DNA from: Balanoglossus misakiensis
Taxonomy: Eukaryota > Animalia > Hemichordata
Length of the DNA stretch: 64,000 nt
Assembly: GCA_040954595.2 (NCBI GenBank)
Contig: CM082586.2
Span: 7,595,337 to 7,659,336 of the forward strand
Reading direction: 5' to 3'
Within the stretch, counting starts at the first letter, position 1. Each line of letters begins with the position of its first letter. The translations under genes and the position numbers were made by a program. Shown piece by piece: positions 37,601 through 50,165 of the stretch. The notes below the pieces were generated by a model. The model saw only the letters and a list, made by a program, of their open reading frames with translations, searched no databases and was not told the DNA's origin.

Positions 37601-40600
37601 GGTAAACACCGATTATTCATTTTGGTTAGTTTATTCACTCTCATGTCTAGAAGCAGGATGGAAGGTATGTGTGGTTGAACGGTGATTCACTATATATCCA
37701 CATGCACATTAACATAAACAGTGTCTTGTATCAAACATAATATATGGAAAAAGGGCAGCGAGAGAGAGACTTTGTCCCTTTAAAATAAAAATAACAGTAA
37801 TGATGATGATGATAATATTTATATACTTACAAAGAGTGAGGTGGAGTTTTCTGTCTTGTATATGATGTGGTCTGTTTTGTTGAGAGGTTTGCCATTTCTG
37901 GTCCATGTGTAGACAGCTTGCGGATTGGAATAGATGATACAGGTGATATTGGTTGGGTTATTCACCCAGGATTTCTGTATTTGTCTGGTTTTGCCTTCGT
38001 CTACAACTGGTGTGTCTGTTGAAATAAAATGAGTGAAACTTTACGTCAATGATGACATTAAATTGCATTGTGTTTATAAACAGTCTCGGCTATTGTAAAT
38101 ATATTGTAATTTAATCAGAAAAATATATAGTTTTCCTGTAAGTTATAAAAAAGTTGAAAATCAAAGCATTTGAAACTCCATTCCTGAAACATGATGAAAT
38201 GTCCAGCATTTAGCTTATCAACCACGACATATATTTGTATAGTCAGCATTGTTATTGTGCAAAACTTGTATTCAATTCTTGGCTAGAATTCATTTGTCAA
38301 CAATAACAATGGTTGTTAAACAGTTTTTTTAACACATACAGGCTATGTTGACAAGTGGAGTACTAGATATAGCATGCTGTTTGGAGTAGAGCAAGAAATC
38401 GCATTTGATATACAGAACAAAAATACTGAAAATAAAGCCAAAAGTATTTCCCTTTATAAACTGAACAAACCGACGAAACAGTGAAGTAAAAATGATGCAA
38501 TTCTACTGAATTTAACAGTTAAATTTGTGTGACTTTATGAGCCTATCAAACTGACAAGGTCATATACAAAGATGCTGTAATTTGTGATTATAAAGCAAAT
38601 ATGGCCTACACAAGTAAAACACTCAATTAAGTACAATCATTTGTGTTGCATCCTGTGTATTGATTGAAGTCCTGGGCAATGACAAAAATGACTTTGGATC
38701 TAATGATCTGCAACAATGGAAAGTTTCACATCTAATTAATGTTGACGATATTACACCTTTTCAGCAAATGAATGCCTTAGAAAAAGTAATGAATGAAGCT
38801 TTGCCAGATGAAACCAAATACGGCCTTGATATGAAAACAGTAATGCTTCTAACTTCCATGTTGTACAATCTCCATCAAAATGCTATGTTCAAAATTAATT
38901 GATTAAAGCTCCATAAGCTGTCACTTTTATGCTGATTTCCTGTATTTTTTGTTCTGTCTATCACCTTATTTACAAAAAGGGGGAAATCGTTCCTTTTAAA
39001 CTTAATGAAGTAAAACAAAACTTACACTCAACATCAAGGTAGAAATCCCCTTGGTCATAGCCAGCCTCATTTTCAGCAATACATGTATAGATGCCAATGT
39101 CATGTCTTGTCAGAGAATTGATGGTCAGAACTAAATCTTTGTCTGCATTCTCATACACACTAATTCTGTCATCATGGGGCTGAAATATAAAATGAAAAAC
39201 CATTGAATCTGATCAAGCTTTTCACCAAAAAAACATATTTTATCATGATTCAAGTATCATTATAAGTGTCATTTAGAAGGTATAAACACCAAGTGAAGGT
39301 TTTTGGTTGTGAGTATAAGACATCTCAGGGGAAAATAACCCATTTGGTGGGAAATAATCAAAAACTGCACTTATTCACAGGTCAAACATGTATGAATAGT
39401 AGACAGTGATGAAAGTGAATGATGAGAATTTGTATAATGAATTCTATTCTGTTGACACCCTTACAAAAATACCCTATAGCTACCTATATGTACCTATAGG
39501 TTGTTCATAGGTAGGTTATAGGTACCTATTCATCTATAGATCCTATTTATATAGAAACCAATGGTACCTATAAGTTATTTTTGTAAGGGTAGTTACCTGT
39601 CTTCCAATCTGATACTCCATATCTCCTCTCTTCCAGACTATCGAAGGGTGTGGATTACCACGGACCACAGTGCAGGTAAACTCCACAAATTCAGTTTCAT
39701 CTCTGCTGGCATTCTGTGTGGGACCGATAACTGGCCGAACGTTGACAGTCAGATGGCCGGTGCCCTCGTCCCATGAGACTTTGTTTTCCGCTCGACATGT
39801 ATACGCACCGCCATCTTCCTCTTTTAGATTCTGGATGGTCAGTGTACGGTTCTCATCAGCTGCAAATGAGTAAAATTATTTTACATAGTATTCACGTCAA
39901 CTGAATGCACAGATCGTATTAGGGACTGGTCAGTTTCTTCAGCCGGGGGATGGGGGAAATGAGGATTCATGGGGGAGGTCACCCTCTTTTGGAATTGGGT
40001 GATGGGGACGGGGTCACCCACTTTTCCTTGTTCAATATGGGGTGGGGGTGGGGGGTCAGTCACTTTTTGATATCCACAAAATAGAATCCACCCCCACCCC
40101 CAAGCCGAAGAAACTGACTAGTCCCTAAGGACTCTGCATATTGACTGTGTGCAGATACTGTACAATAGAACTCTATAGATTTCAGGTGTAAATTTGCATA
40201 CCAGAAACTACTCGTGTAACAGTAAAATAATGCAAAATCATTAACACAACATTTGTCAGGATTTGTAGATGCGTTTTATATCAGACAGGTAAGACCAACT
40301 AATAGTCAGTCAAGGGACATCAAATTTGCTCATTAATGTGTGCATTTCTATATAACCAATCACATACAGAGTTCAGGTGGGTGTTTCGACTGGTGGCAGG
40401 CTATTATCTACATCACTGCACGATGATGATAATACACTGAGTAACTTACCGAGTTTATACTTGATTGGATTTTCTAAGTAAATACCCTTGAATTTCCATC
40501 GCATATCAGGGTCTGGATCTCCGTCTGCAGTGCAGGTCAGTCGCGCTGTTTGTCCTTCATTGCCTGTGGTGTTCTGTGGTGGCTGTGTTACTTCAGGTGG

Positions 40601-43600
40601 CACTGTGGTCACAAAATGAAAACGGCACAAAAACACATCAAGCATTTTCATATTTTATTTAGACCATATATTTGAATTCAAAAAGCCTCTTGAAAATCAC
40701 CCTATAAGAATACTGGTTAAGTTTTGACTTCTTATGTTTAACATGAATCTTCCTTAAGTTAGTAGACTATCCAGATGCAGTGAATGATCATAGCCAAGTA
40801 TGCAGGATTTTGAGTAAAAACTGTTTCAATTTACTTGAAATTTTCACAAAGGGGGCCAAAATAGGAATATTATTAAATGATATAAAGAAGACACTATGTT
40901 ACTGTACTTGCTTTTATATGTTCAACATAGGAAAACTTTTAATAACATATTAACAAATTAATAGAAAATTTATGAAAAATATGCAATTGCGTCTCTCTGT
41001 CTGTAGGGTGTGTCTGTCTCTACCCACACGTTCACACAACCCAATATGGCATAACCTTCCGTGGGGTTACACACATGTCATAACTGTGAAATTGTGGGTA
41101 AAGCTTGACAAATAAACAGAACAGGTAGAAAAGATGACTAGAAAATCATATACTCACCGAGTACATCCACAGAAATCTCTGTTTTCTTGGTATAACCCAA
41201 AGTTGCCATTCGAGCACGACAAGTATAGGTACCTTCATCTGTCAATTGTACATTGCTGATACCTAGGCCAATCCTTTCCACTGGGTTATAACGTTCTGTA
41301 ATTGAAGAAGATATTTTGGGTGTTAATAACCTTGTCTATTAATTCAAATAACTACACAATTTAGGGGGGGGGTGGACTTTAAATTAGCTGGAAACTGACA
41401 CTCAGAATAGGAAACAAGTCTTGGTGAACAAAGACATTGATATGTCAATATGATTTATTAAGATTCTTAATGTTCCTTTATTTATGAACAGAATGTAGTC
41501 AGCATCGTATTGTGCAAAATTTGAATTCAAGTCCGGACTAGAATTCATTTGTCAACAATAACAATGGTCATTACACACATAGGCTATGTTGACAAGTGGA
41601 GTACCAGGTATATAAGTATGCTGTTTGGAGTAAGGCAAGAAATTGCATTTGATACACAGAACAAAAATATTGAAAATAAAGCAAAAGGTACAGCTAATGT
41701 CCCTTTAATATAACAGTAGACACTGGTTTCCTTACCATCTTCTGGCAAATCCTGGTTGTTGAATTTCCATGTGACAGTTGGCAAGGGACTACCTGTGACT
41801 ACGCAGTCGATGAATCCATCGTTGCCAACAATTAAATCTTGCTTGGTGGGAGCGTTGGTGAATTCAATACCTCCTGTAAAGTCATAGGACATTGTTATTT
41901 ATGTATGAGTATGACATAGGTTGTTGTCATATCTAGTTGCCTATGAAAAATTCATTCAGCATTTCTAGGGACTGATATGGAATTAAGCCTGTCAGCTATC
42001 ACAGTTCTTAGAAGAAATAAAGTCTATAACAATGTAAAATTTCGTGAAAATGACAATAGTAGAAGTGAGTTTTCTAGAATTCTCAATGTAATCCTATGGG
42101 AAGAGACAAATGCACACAAGTTTTCACAGTTTACGGGTTTACGTTCTGCACAGTATGGCCCCTCTAATTTCTAAGCCCAATGATACTTACGATAGAAAAA
42201 CACTTGCACAGTCAGAGAAATGCCACCAGCCTTACAAGTGTAGATGCCAGAGTATCGTTCTTGCATACCGTCAAAGTACAAGACTGACTTTAGCATGTCA
42301 GCCTCAACATATCTGTCAGCACTTCCACCTGGTTGAAAAAAAAAACAAGAGAAGAGAAACCAATAAATTCACGTAGTTGTTGTTTAATTTAATCACAGAT
42401 GGTTTCTCACACTAGCCAGCGCTACCTGGATGCCATCATCTGCAGATATGTACAAATCATTTGAATTTAGCAGCAGAAATGTCGGTACACTAGAGAGAAT
42501 GTGACGGCCCTTTTGTGAGTACAATCATAACTAGGTTTGGCACTGAAATTCACATACAGAGCCACGACAAGCAGATACAACAGAAATACAATTTTTGTCA
42601 GATGTTAAATTTGAAAAAAAAGCACCAAGGAGACTGCTCCCATTTGATCAGAATTGTGACTTAAAATATCAACATCAGTTATATTGGGACTCATACTTGT
42701 CAATTTCCTTCACAAATGCACAGGGGCACTTCTGCCATTAGATGTTTACATAATTTATGAGATTATCAAATACAAGTAGTCTAGAGGAAGACATCTGATG
42801 AAACACATTCCTAGGACCCTATAAATCAAAGGCTAAGAAGCAGCTGCATGAACAAAAGCAGTTTCTGAAAAAATACTACATTTAAAAAAAATTAAAAATG
42901 ATTAAATTGCCCAAAAGACTTGAATATATTAAATTTTGTTTACATGGGAACACCCAATGATCATAACAAAAAAATTTTTTTCAAAGAAACTGGACAAGCT
43001 ATTTCTGAGAAATAGGAGCTCGCACAGTGAATTGTGCAATGTGGTCTAACTGTACTACTTGCTGCTTTCCTGATTACATAGTTATTTTTTGCAGTGATGC
43101 ACATTTCATTCAAAAGCCTCTCTTGCTTCAAAAGCCTCTTCAGCTTTCCCCCTTGTTGACAGTACAAGTGCCAAATGTTTGACTGGATCCGTGTGAGATT
43201 TAACCATCTGTTTTTAATTGATCCAAAGTGTGCCTGGGATTTCCTGTGAAGGCACTCAACACTGGAGTTAAGTGTTTGAACAGGAATAAAAACTATAATT
43301 TATTCATGAATTCCCACAGTTGTTACTTTCAGGGATTACTTGTGAGAAAAAAATGACCAGGATATTCTCAACTTAAAATGTTCATTTTTGTGCCAAATAT
43401 GCACACAGAACCAAATTTAAAAAACAAACATGATTTATTTTCAATTTTCAAATACAGAGCTGACAAAAAAATATACAACATGTAATGTAAGGTGCCCAAG
43501 GTCATTATTTATGAGAAAAAGTTATTACTGGGAAAAATAATCCTTGGTATCAATTTTTAGTGAATTACAAAACCTACCATATTAAAAATTGTCAAATATA

Positions 43601-46600
43601 CAATTGGGTTAGTCCTCATTTAGCATCATTCACACATATTTGCAAGAAAAACTCTGAAACCGCAATGCCATGGAATGCATAGTGTGTCAGATTTTGCATC
43701 TTTTCCTAGCTTTGTCGTATCTTTTTCAACATGATTGGTAATAATTTTTTAAAAATAAATTATGAAAATAGTATCTGCCTGACTCTACTGTATGCGGATA
43801 TCATCAGATGACCAGACAATAATCCATTGGGACTCCACATCTATAATTGCAACTACTTTCTAATGTTACTGCCGATACATGATTTTGTAATACAAATATG
43901 TGTCCCTATACTGGTAATTTTTTTTTTCACTGCAGATGATCATCAAGAATTCTGCCTGCAATATGTCAGGAGGAAAATAACATAAAGGTCCAAAGCCTGA
44001 TTTAAATAAATCTCTAAAGAGTCAGTTGGAAGGGCAAATACTCATAATGAATTTTGATCCAATTGGACGTAGTCCAGGGGGATATACGATTTTGTAGGGA
44101 CAAGACTTAAATTTGCATTTGAATTTGTAAATTTGCATTTGAATGCTTCACTCAACATTTGAATAATGGAAACACACTGTGATTGACAGTCTTGTGTGCC
44201 CCACTGTAGTAAGAGTTTGTTTGTAGTAGTGTAAATACAGATAACTTTCCAATTAGTTTTGTCTAAAACAAATAAAACAATTTCCAATTTATTGTTTGAT
44301 ACTGTACCGGGCAAGCAAAAGACATCACCATACCTACATCGGGTAGATCACATTTTGTCTATACTTGGCTGAGGGACAATGTTGCTTTGCAGTACACGTC
44401 TTAAAGTGCATTATGGCTGCCAGTCAGCCATTTTATACAAACATTTTTTAACTACTTTCTCAGAATGTAAATTGGCTTTTGAAATTAAACTCTTTTTTTT
44501 TTCATTTTGATTCAGCAAGTACAATCTGAATGTCAGTGGCAATGATTTCTATAACCGTTCTGATGGGCGAGGCATCAAGGTTGTTCATATGATTACGGGA
44601 TATTCTTTCTCCAAAGTGTCCCACTGTGAACTCTTGTTCAATTTTTGATACTATTCAACACAATTCAAATCGACCACCGTGACTTCAAACCAGAGCTACA
44701 TTAATAAAGGGATAAACATGTGAAATGTATGAATTGGGTTGAATTGACAAGGACTACATCAAGCAATTTTTGTCTCTTATTTTACTGTAAAACGGGCATA
44801 TTTTGCGAACAATAAATTTTCACGAACTTCGTGAGAGACAAAAAACGTGAAAATAAATAGGCGTGTAAAGAACAATGTGTACAGTAGAATATTTTACGGA
44901 GATAAGAGAATGCGAAAATTAATCGCTGCAAAATAGTCACCTTTGTTGAAAATTTACTGTCACGAAAATTTCCTGTTTTATAGTTTTCTGAAATATGCCA
45001 ATGTTATATATCAATTGCATGGATTGTTGAAATGACTTTGTCACCTACCTTTTCCAAGTTCATAGATCTGTTTTTGTGATGGGTCCAACCAGATCGGATC
45101 CAAGATTCCATTATTTCCAGAACTACTGCATTCAAATGAGAAAGACGCTCCCTCTTCGAGGTATTCGTCATCATCTGGCACAATTACCAAGTCCTGGCAG
45201 TTACATACTGTAATCAAATTTACAAATAGAGTTATTATGTGGGGTCAAATGAGACATTGAATCATATATTTTGTTGTTCAACACATTAAAGCTCCAATAG
45301 CTGCCATTTTTTGCATTAATTTATTTTCATGAATATTTTTTTTCAAACTTAGAATGGTCAATTAAAATATGCTTGCTGATAGGTACACACAAACACATCA
45401 TCAAACTCTGATTGAATATGGCTGTACATTTCAATATGAAGAAGTTAAATAAACGGGTTCCACACCAGTTTATTCATCTTCCCATTAGAATCTCCACACA
45501 TTCAAAATGTTGTCAACCGTCAACTAAGGATAAGTAGAAGATTGTAATATTTTATCGATTTAATCGATAAAATATCAAAATCTTAGCAGCTAGTGGGGCT
45601 TTAATACATTGAAGTCTTCGTGTACATACAACATACACAGGGCAGCATATCTGATGCTGACTCATCTTATATAAAGCTCCAAAATTTATGATATCGCAAA
45701 TGGCAAATGGGATCCATAATTTTCCTTGACCTTGAAATCCTCGTAACCTGACAAAAAGGTCATGTTTACTTTTAACATATCCATGTGCCAATCCCATTAT
45801 GGCAGGGTTGCTCATCGTGATTTGTGCTGTCAAATACAGGAGACATTTTGCTTCAAGGATTGGGGTTTTTACTATTCACATTATCAGAGCCTGAGGTTTG
45901 TTTTCCATTGTGTAATTAACATTCCGGTCAAGCAATTTTCTTTTACATTGTGTCTGACAGGCACGTCTGTTTATCAGACATTTTTATTGAGAATGTCTAT
46001 TTCTGTTTTTATTGGGTGCAATTCCATGCATCTGTACAGTCTCTTTCATTTGCCATTTTGCTTGTCTTTTTTATGATGTACGATCTTCTTTCTAGACGAA
46101 TTTCCTTCATAAGGGATTAGTGTGAAAATATTCAATCCATAGATAAACTCAGTAGTTTCTTACAGAGTTGAAATAATCAATTTTGTCAGTTGATAACATT
46201 GTGTACAATACAATTTGTTATTGCTAGGTGTGACCGCAATTAAATTTGCAAGCAAAATTGTTCCTTTTTGATCCTCATAAAAATAATTTGCATTTATAGT
46301 AAAATTAAAATCAATAAATATTATCTTGTGGAATTTCTTTAGATTAACTGACATATCCGGAAATGACAATGGAACGAATTCATAACCACATTTTCCTTTT
46401 TCCAGAGAACATTTTAGAATAATATAGCAAGTAATTATGGACTATTGTCAAGGTCATTAACATTATAGTCATTAAGGGGATAAGTTGCCCCTTTTGGGCA
46501 AAAAAAGGATACTGATCATTTTCAAATATTGCATCTTAAATTGATGTAATGAGGACAGTTCACAAGATTAGCAATATAATAGGACAGAGAACAGTGTTTC

Positions 46601-47545
46601 ATAACCAGGACATAAAACTACATTTCCTATATATTATCTGAAAATTTGTTTCAACTCACAGGCTACACTTCTACCAGAGGACTATATTGGCCATATATTG
46701 ATTGTCCATGTATTGATTATAAATTCCCAAAACGCATGTGTGTAATTTAGAAATTCGACCTAAATAAATGGCTCTAGTATTCCCAACACTGAGACTGTAC
46801 GTATAGAGGCTCTATAGCTATCAGACGATTCTGTCTTTAACACTAGACTGTCCATATACGCTAATGGTTTTGCAAAATTTGTTTCACAGCCTTAATGCAT
46901 TCCCTGCATACGGAATTCTGTCGCCCATAATGTGCAGAATCGCGACTAGCATCGTGAACGTCACGCGTCATTTATGAAATATTTCAGGTGTGTCGCCGTG
47001 TGTGTCACACTATATATATACACACTGACCATTGTCATGATTATGGTGTTTTCAAACTGTACCCAATGCTGTAAAACACTTCAACACACAATACAAAAAT
47101 AATCACGTCCATTTACACATATTCAGGTCCCGTAAGTCATTATTTGTAGGTTGATATAACAAGAAATGGCCTGAAAAAGACGCTACCGCGAAGAGAAGCT
47201 CGCTTGACTGTAAATTTTATCAGCATGTCCCGTGCATAATGTCTGTGTGGTTGTAATCAGGTAATGCCAATGTAACATAAATTATCCGGCACGTCTGGAT
47301 ATCGTCAAAAAAATAGAATAACGTCGCTAAATAGATCGATCAACGTACTGTTATTGTGAGATCACTTATTGTCAAACATGTATATGAATAATACGCCGTT
47401 GAAAAATATTTCTACAATGATGAATTGAACAGAATCGCTCACATAACGGACGTGCGAAATATCTGTACATCGAATAGGTCAAAAATTCTGTACGCCACTT
47501 ACCCGTGAAAACAGCACATAACGCCAACAAAATTGACCGTAGCAT
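28682..47545 (-). CDS. NCAM: Neural cell adhesion molecule / Fasciclin II-like protein (signal peptide, 5 Ig, 2 FN3, TM, cytoplasmic tail)
   Basis: Frame-consistent minus-strand exons: 47503-47545 (MLRSILLALCAVFT), 45049-45207, 42191-42328, 41736-41873, 41158-41295, 40450-40602, 39597-39859, 39026-39179, 37831-38015, 36974-37067, 36489-36656, 35711-35833, 35026-35153, 34276-34501, 33400-33637 (TM), 31865-31996, 31131-31277, 30121-30189, 28682-28763 (stop TAG). 925 aa with all exons. The TM/juxtamembrane sequence STGAIIGIVIAIFFVLLILVDLTCYFMNDCGILMCLCVNLCGK...MEEG is NCAM/Fas2-type. Confidence 0.93.
29840..29910. repeat. (ACAT)n microsatellite
   Basis: Perfect tandem run. Confidence 0.95.
30121..31996 (-). 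CDS. NCAM: Three symmetric (phase 2-2) NCAM cytoplasmic exons: 31865-31996, 31131-31277, 30121-30189
   Basis: Lengths 132, 147 and 69 nt, all open in phase 2, acidic; second exon begins KDEEIVEV and holds an EP repeat; donors gtgtgt, gttggt, gttagt are suboptimal. Confidence 0.7.
30392..30749. mobile_element. Fully palindromic (foldback) TTAA-flanked MITE, family C
   Basis: About 170-bp inverted arms meeting at a short loop near 30567; ends TTAAAGGGACAAG / GCCCCTTAA. Confidence 0.85.
33400..33637 (-). CDS. NCAM: NCAM transmembrane and Cys-rich juxtamembrane exon
   Basis: ctgcag acceptor, gtaagt donor, phase 1-2; hydrophobic span followed by DLTCYF..CG..MC..VNLCGK. Confidence 0.93.
33696..33912. 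mobile_element. Tc1/mariner(pogo)-like MITE
   Basis: TA|CAGTAAACC ... GGTTTTACTG|TA; internal GTTCGGTTTACA repeats. Confidence 0.65.
34159..34251. mobile_element. MITE family A, copy 7
   Basis: TTAGCCCTTTCACC ... AAAGGGTTAA. Confidence 0.78.
34544..34650 (+). mobile_element. tRNA-derived SINE head (degenerate)
   Basis: A-box-like TAGTCCAGTGG 34554-34564 and B-box GGTTCGAAACC 34600-34610; no intact cloverleaf acceptor stem. Confidence 0.55.
35913..36065. mobile_element. Family B MITE, partial copy
   Basis: About 150 bp matching 6807-6960. Confidence 0.7.
37315..37395. repeat. (TTCA)n microsatellite
   Basis: Near-perfect tandem run. Confidence 0.95.
37428..37783. mobile_element. Foldback MITE family C, copy 2
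   Basis: TTAAAGGGACAAAGTCTCTCTC ... GAGAGAGACTTTGTCCCTTTAA. Confidence 0.85.
39458..39589. mobile_element. Small MITE with 14-bp TIR and CTATAG-type internal repeats
   Basis: CCCTTACAAAAATA / TATTTTTGTAAGGG perfect TIR. Confidence 0.7.
39919..40128. mobile_element. PIF/Harbinger-like MITE
   Basis: TTAGGGACTGGTCAGTTTCTTC / GAAGAAACTGACTAGTCCCTAA; G-rich interior. Confidence 0.7.
41340..41708. mobile_element. Kolobok-like MITE fragment
   Basis: Ends CAGCTAATGTCCCTTTAA; about 170 bp shared with 38280-38460 (CTAGAATTCATTTGTCAACAATAACAATGG...GCTATGTTGACAAGTGGAGTAC). Confidence 0.65.
44783..44985. mobile_element. Tc1/mariner-like MITE (CTGTA-type end)
   Basis: TACTGTAAAACGGG ... CCTGTTTTATAGT; internal (G/A)CGAAAAT repeats. 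Confidence 0.5.
45286..45604. mobile_element. TTAA-flanked Kolobok-like MITE, family D
   Basis: TTAAAGCTCCAATAGCTG / CAGCTAGTGGGGCTTTAA; related pieces at about 17583-17746, 15420-15580, 38903-38960. Confidence 0.7.
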
Positions 47546-48250
47546 TATGCCTCGATGGATCGGTTCTGGAAAGACTAAGAAACAGAAAAATGATTTCTCT
47601 GAGATGATGTAGATAGAGATGATAATCCACCAACGTTACTATACTACAACGACAACCTGTATTCCCTTATCCAGTTTCTCACCTCAATGGAAGGTGTGAA
47701 ATGTACATGGACGAATTTCCCTCCAGTATGCGCGTTTACACTGACGCTCAATATCCTTCCGCATTGAAAAGACGAATTTATAACAGAAAATCAAGAAGGA
47801 TGGGTTTTAGCTTCAGAGGTAGAAGAATAGATACGCATCATTACATCCACTCCATTCTTTAGAAAGCAATAGTGCCGTTGTTTTTGTTTGTTCCGCGAGA
47901 GTACTATTTTCATGCAAATGCGCGGATATACGTACGCGCGAGTCTCACGTCTTCAAGGGCTAGCGGCAAATCCAAATGAATTTAGTCTATCATTTCATTT
48001 GTATGATCAGCGCATATCGATAAAATTGTCTTAAAAAGCGTGTTAATTATCTAATATTTCGGGGAATCGTTAGTTCTTTCAGAACACGTACTCGTCGTCA
48101 AGAACAAGCACGACGATTTGGATAAAAAAAAAGCGCAGTGGACGCGCGGGGGCAGAGACACAGCGCGTCTATGTACGCGCAACGTCGAGCTAGCTAGGCT
48201 AGCATCACGTAGTTTGTTTACTGTACTGTGCGCATTGTCTGTCGAATATT
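47546..48250 (-). promoter_or_regulatory. NCAM 5' leader / promoter region
   Basis: CpG-rich stretch upstream of the signal-peptide exon; octamer ATGCAAAT at 47912-47919. Confidence 0.5.
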
Positions 48251-49989
48251 AATCTGATCGGTTAAATATTAACTTACAGTTCAAACCTTCAGCTCCCAGC
48301 CACCTACATGTGTAAGCGTAATGGGAGGTACATCCGTGGCATCATGTGATGATCAGCGTGATTGATTGAAGTTTAGGACATCATTTGACGCTGATGTACA
48401 TATGTACGTAGACCTGGGCCTGCTTTTATAGATGTCACTTTATTCCTCGAGTTTTCTTTTCCTTTTGGCAAAAACTTAACACGACTAAACCGCGCTATAC
48501 AATCTGGTGCAGTATAAATTCTAAACAAACAAAATTATCACAGAAATTATCCCACCTAGATTTTAAGAAAGGCTGGTAGGCCTATGCCTGTTCGTCAATT
48601 TATAAATCAAATTATTCGGCATATATCATTATGGAGTAATTAAAAACGAGAGGGTCACTCAGACTTTTGATAAGCGAAGTGATTGTATAAATTATCAGAA
48701 GTCTAAAAAACGGGATGTGTATTGATGATACCAGGGAAGAAATATTGAGTTGTGTTTTGTTTACTATGAGGATGATACCATAAAACATTCAACAGGTGGT
48801 TGTTTATTTTTACTTTGAGTAGGAAAATCATATAAAAAGTGTTTCTAAAATTGATGGTCAGTACACACTGGGTTTGCCTATACACAGTCTGTGGCCTATA
48901 TTTGTTGCGTTGAACTGTCGGCCGAAAAACAGGTTTGTCACAACATCAGCTGGGTGGCCTGGTTCCCAAAATAATCTGATTTGAATTCATTCTCGACGTT
49001 TATAGAGGCGTTGCTGTCGCTAGGTTTACATTTTATTCGTGAAGCACGCGAGGTTTATATCTGTCTTATTCACCGTCCAGTCTGGTGACATGCGACGTAC
49101 AGTAATTTAATTGAAATACCGGTACTTTGTCCATAGGCCCCTTAAGACAGAAATGTACGTTTAGATCGACTTAAATTGTTACACACCCGACAATCAACAG
49201 TACCCTGATTATAACATGTATAAGAAACAGTTTAAAATTTAATTGACAGTTCCTAATCATCAAGTGACCTCTCAGATTTTGTTGAGAAAGTGACTCTTCA
49301 ACCCATATATAGTTGTTAACTACGGACTTCGTTGTTGTTGTTGCGCATGTTGTTGTTACGCACTTTTGAAGTCATTTCCATAGGGTGAAATTTCATGAAA
49401 AGTAGGCAATACAACTTCCATCTTCCATTATTAATCGATTGAAAAGCTGGAAGAAATATTCCCGGCACGGTTTTGAAGATTTAATTACAGAGACTTGTTG
49501 TAAATGCACGAATCTCGACTAGAAATATAATCATGCAATTTTTTATGCAAATCGGGGTAAAAACAGATTTCGTCACATCCGTAAATAAAGGGAACAGACA
49601 TAACTTTATTTCTAATATCCATGGAAAGGGAATACAATGACAAAAGCTTTAATTAATTGAGACACTATACTATGGTGTCATTTCGAGCTCAGATATGTTG
49701 GAGCTGTTTGGTTATTAATTCAGATTTGTATGGGCTAGCGTAGTTTGATAGATCAAACAACTTGAAGTTTTATAAATATTTAACCGGATGTCTATTTCCT
49801 ATGCAAATTAAAAATGTCACACACCAAGGTGTTCATTGGCAGAAGTATGTTTTTATTACTACAATACCAAAAAGCAAAGCATAATTTCAATTTGACAAGA
49901 TTACAATGGAACGTGATTTCAGAACAGGACTTGAAATTCTGCTTGGCGGCAAAAAATAATAAAGCCATGTTAGTGTTGATTAGAGCAGT

Positions 49990-50165
49990 GAGATGGGGCG
50001 GGGTACGGGTAGGGTGGGTCTAAGGTAGGTCTTACCAAACTTCTCTGTCAGCTGCAGTGGGGCCGACCGACCGTGATCATGGCAACTGGATGGACGAGCT
50101 GCGGACGATATTTGCATATTAGCCCCGCCCACTATAACGTCACATCACACAAAATGGCGGCCCCC
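49990..50165 (+). promoter_or_regulatory. URB2 housekeeping-type proximal promoter
   Basis: GC boxes (GGGGCGGGG at about 49995; GCCCCGCCC 50122-50130), octamer ATTTGCAT 50110-50117, ACGTCA 50137-50142, YY1-type AAAATGGCGG 50151-50160. Confidence 0.65.

Noticed and set aside
38660-38902. Protein-like 80-aa ORF antisense within an NCAM intron
   Set aside because: No ATG start, no splice context, no family recognised; may be a transposon remnant.
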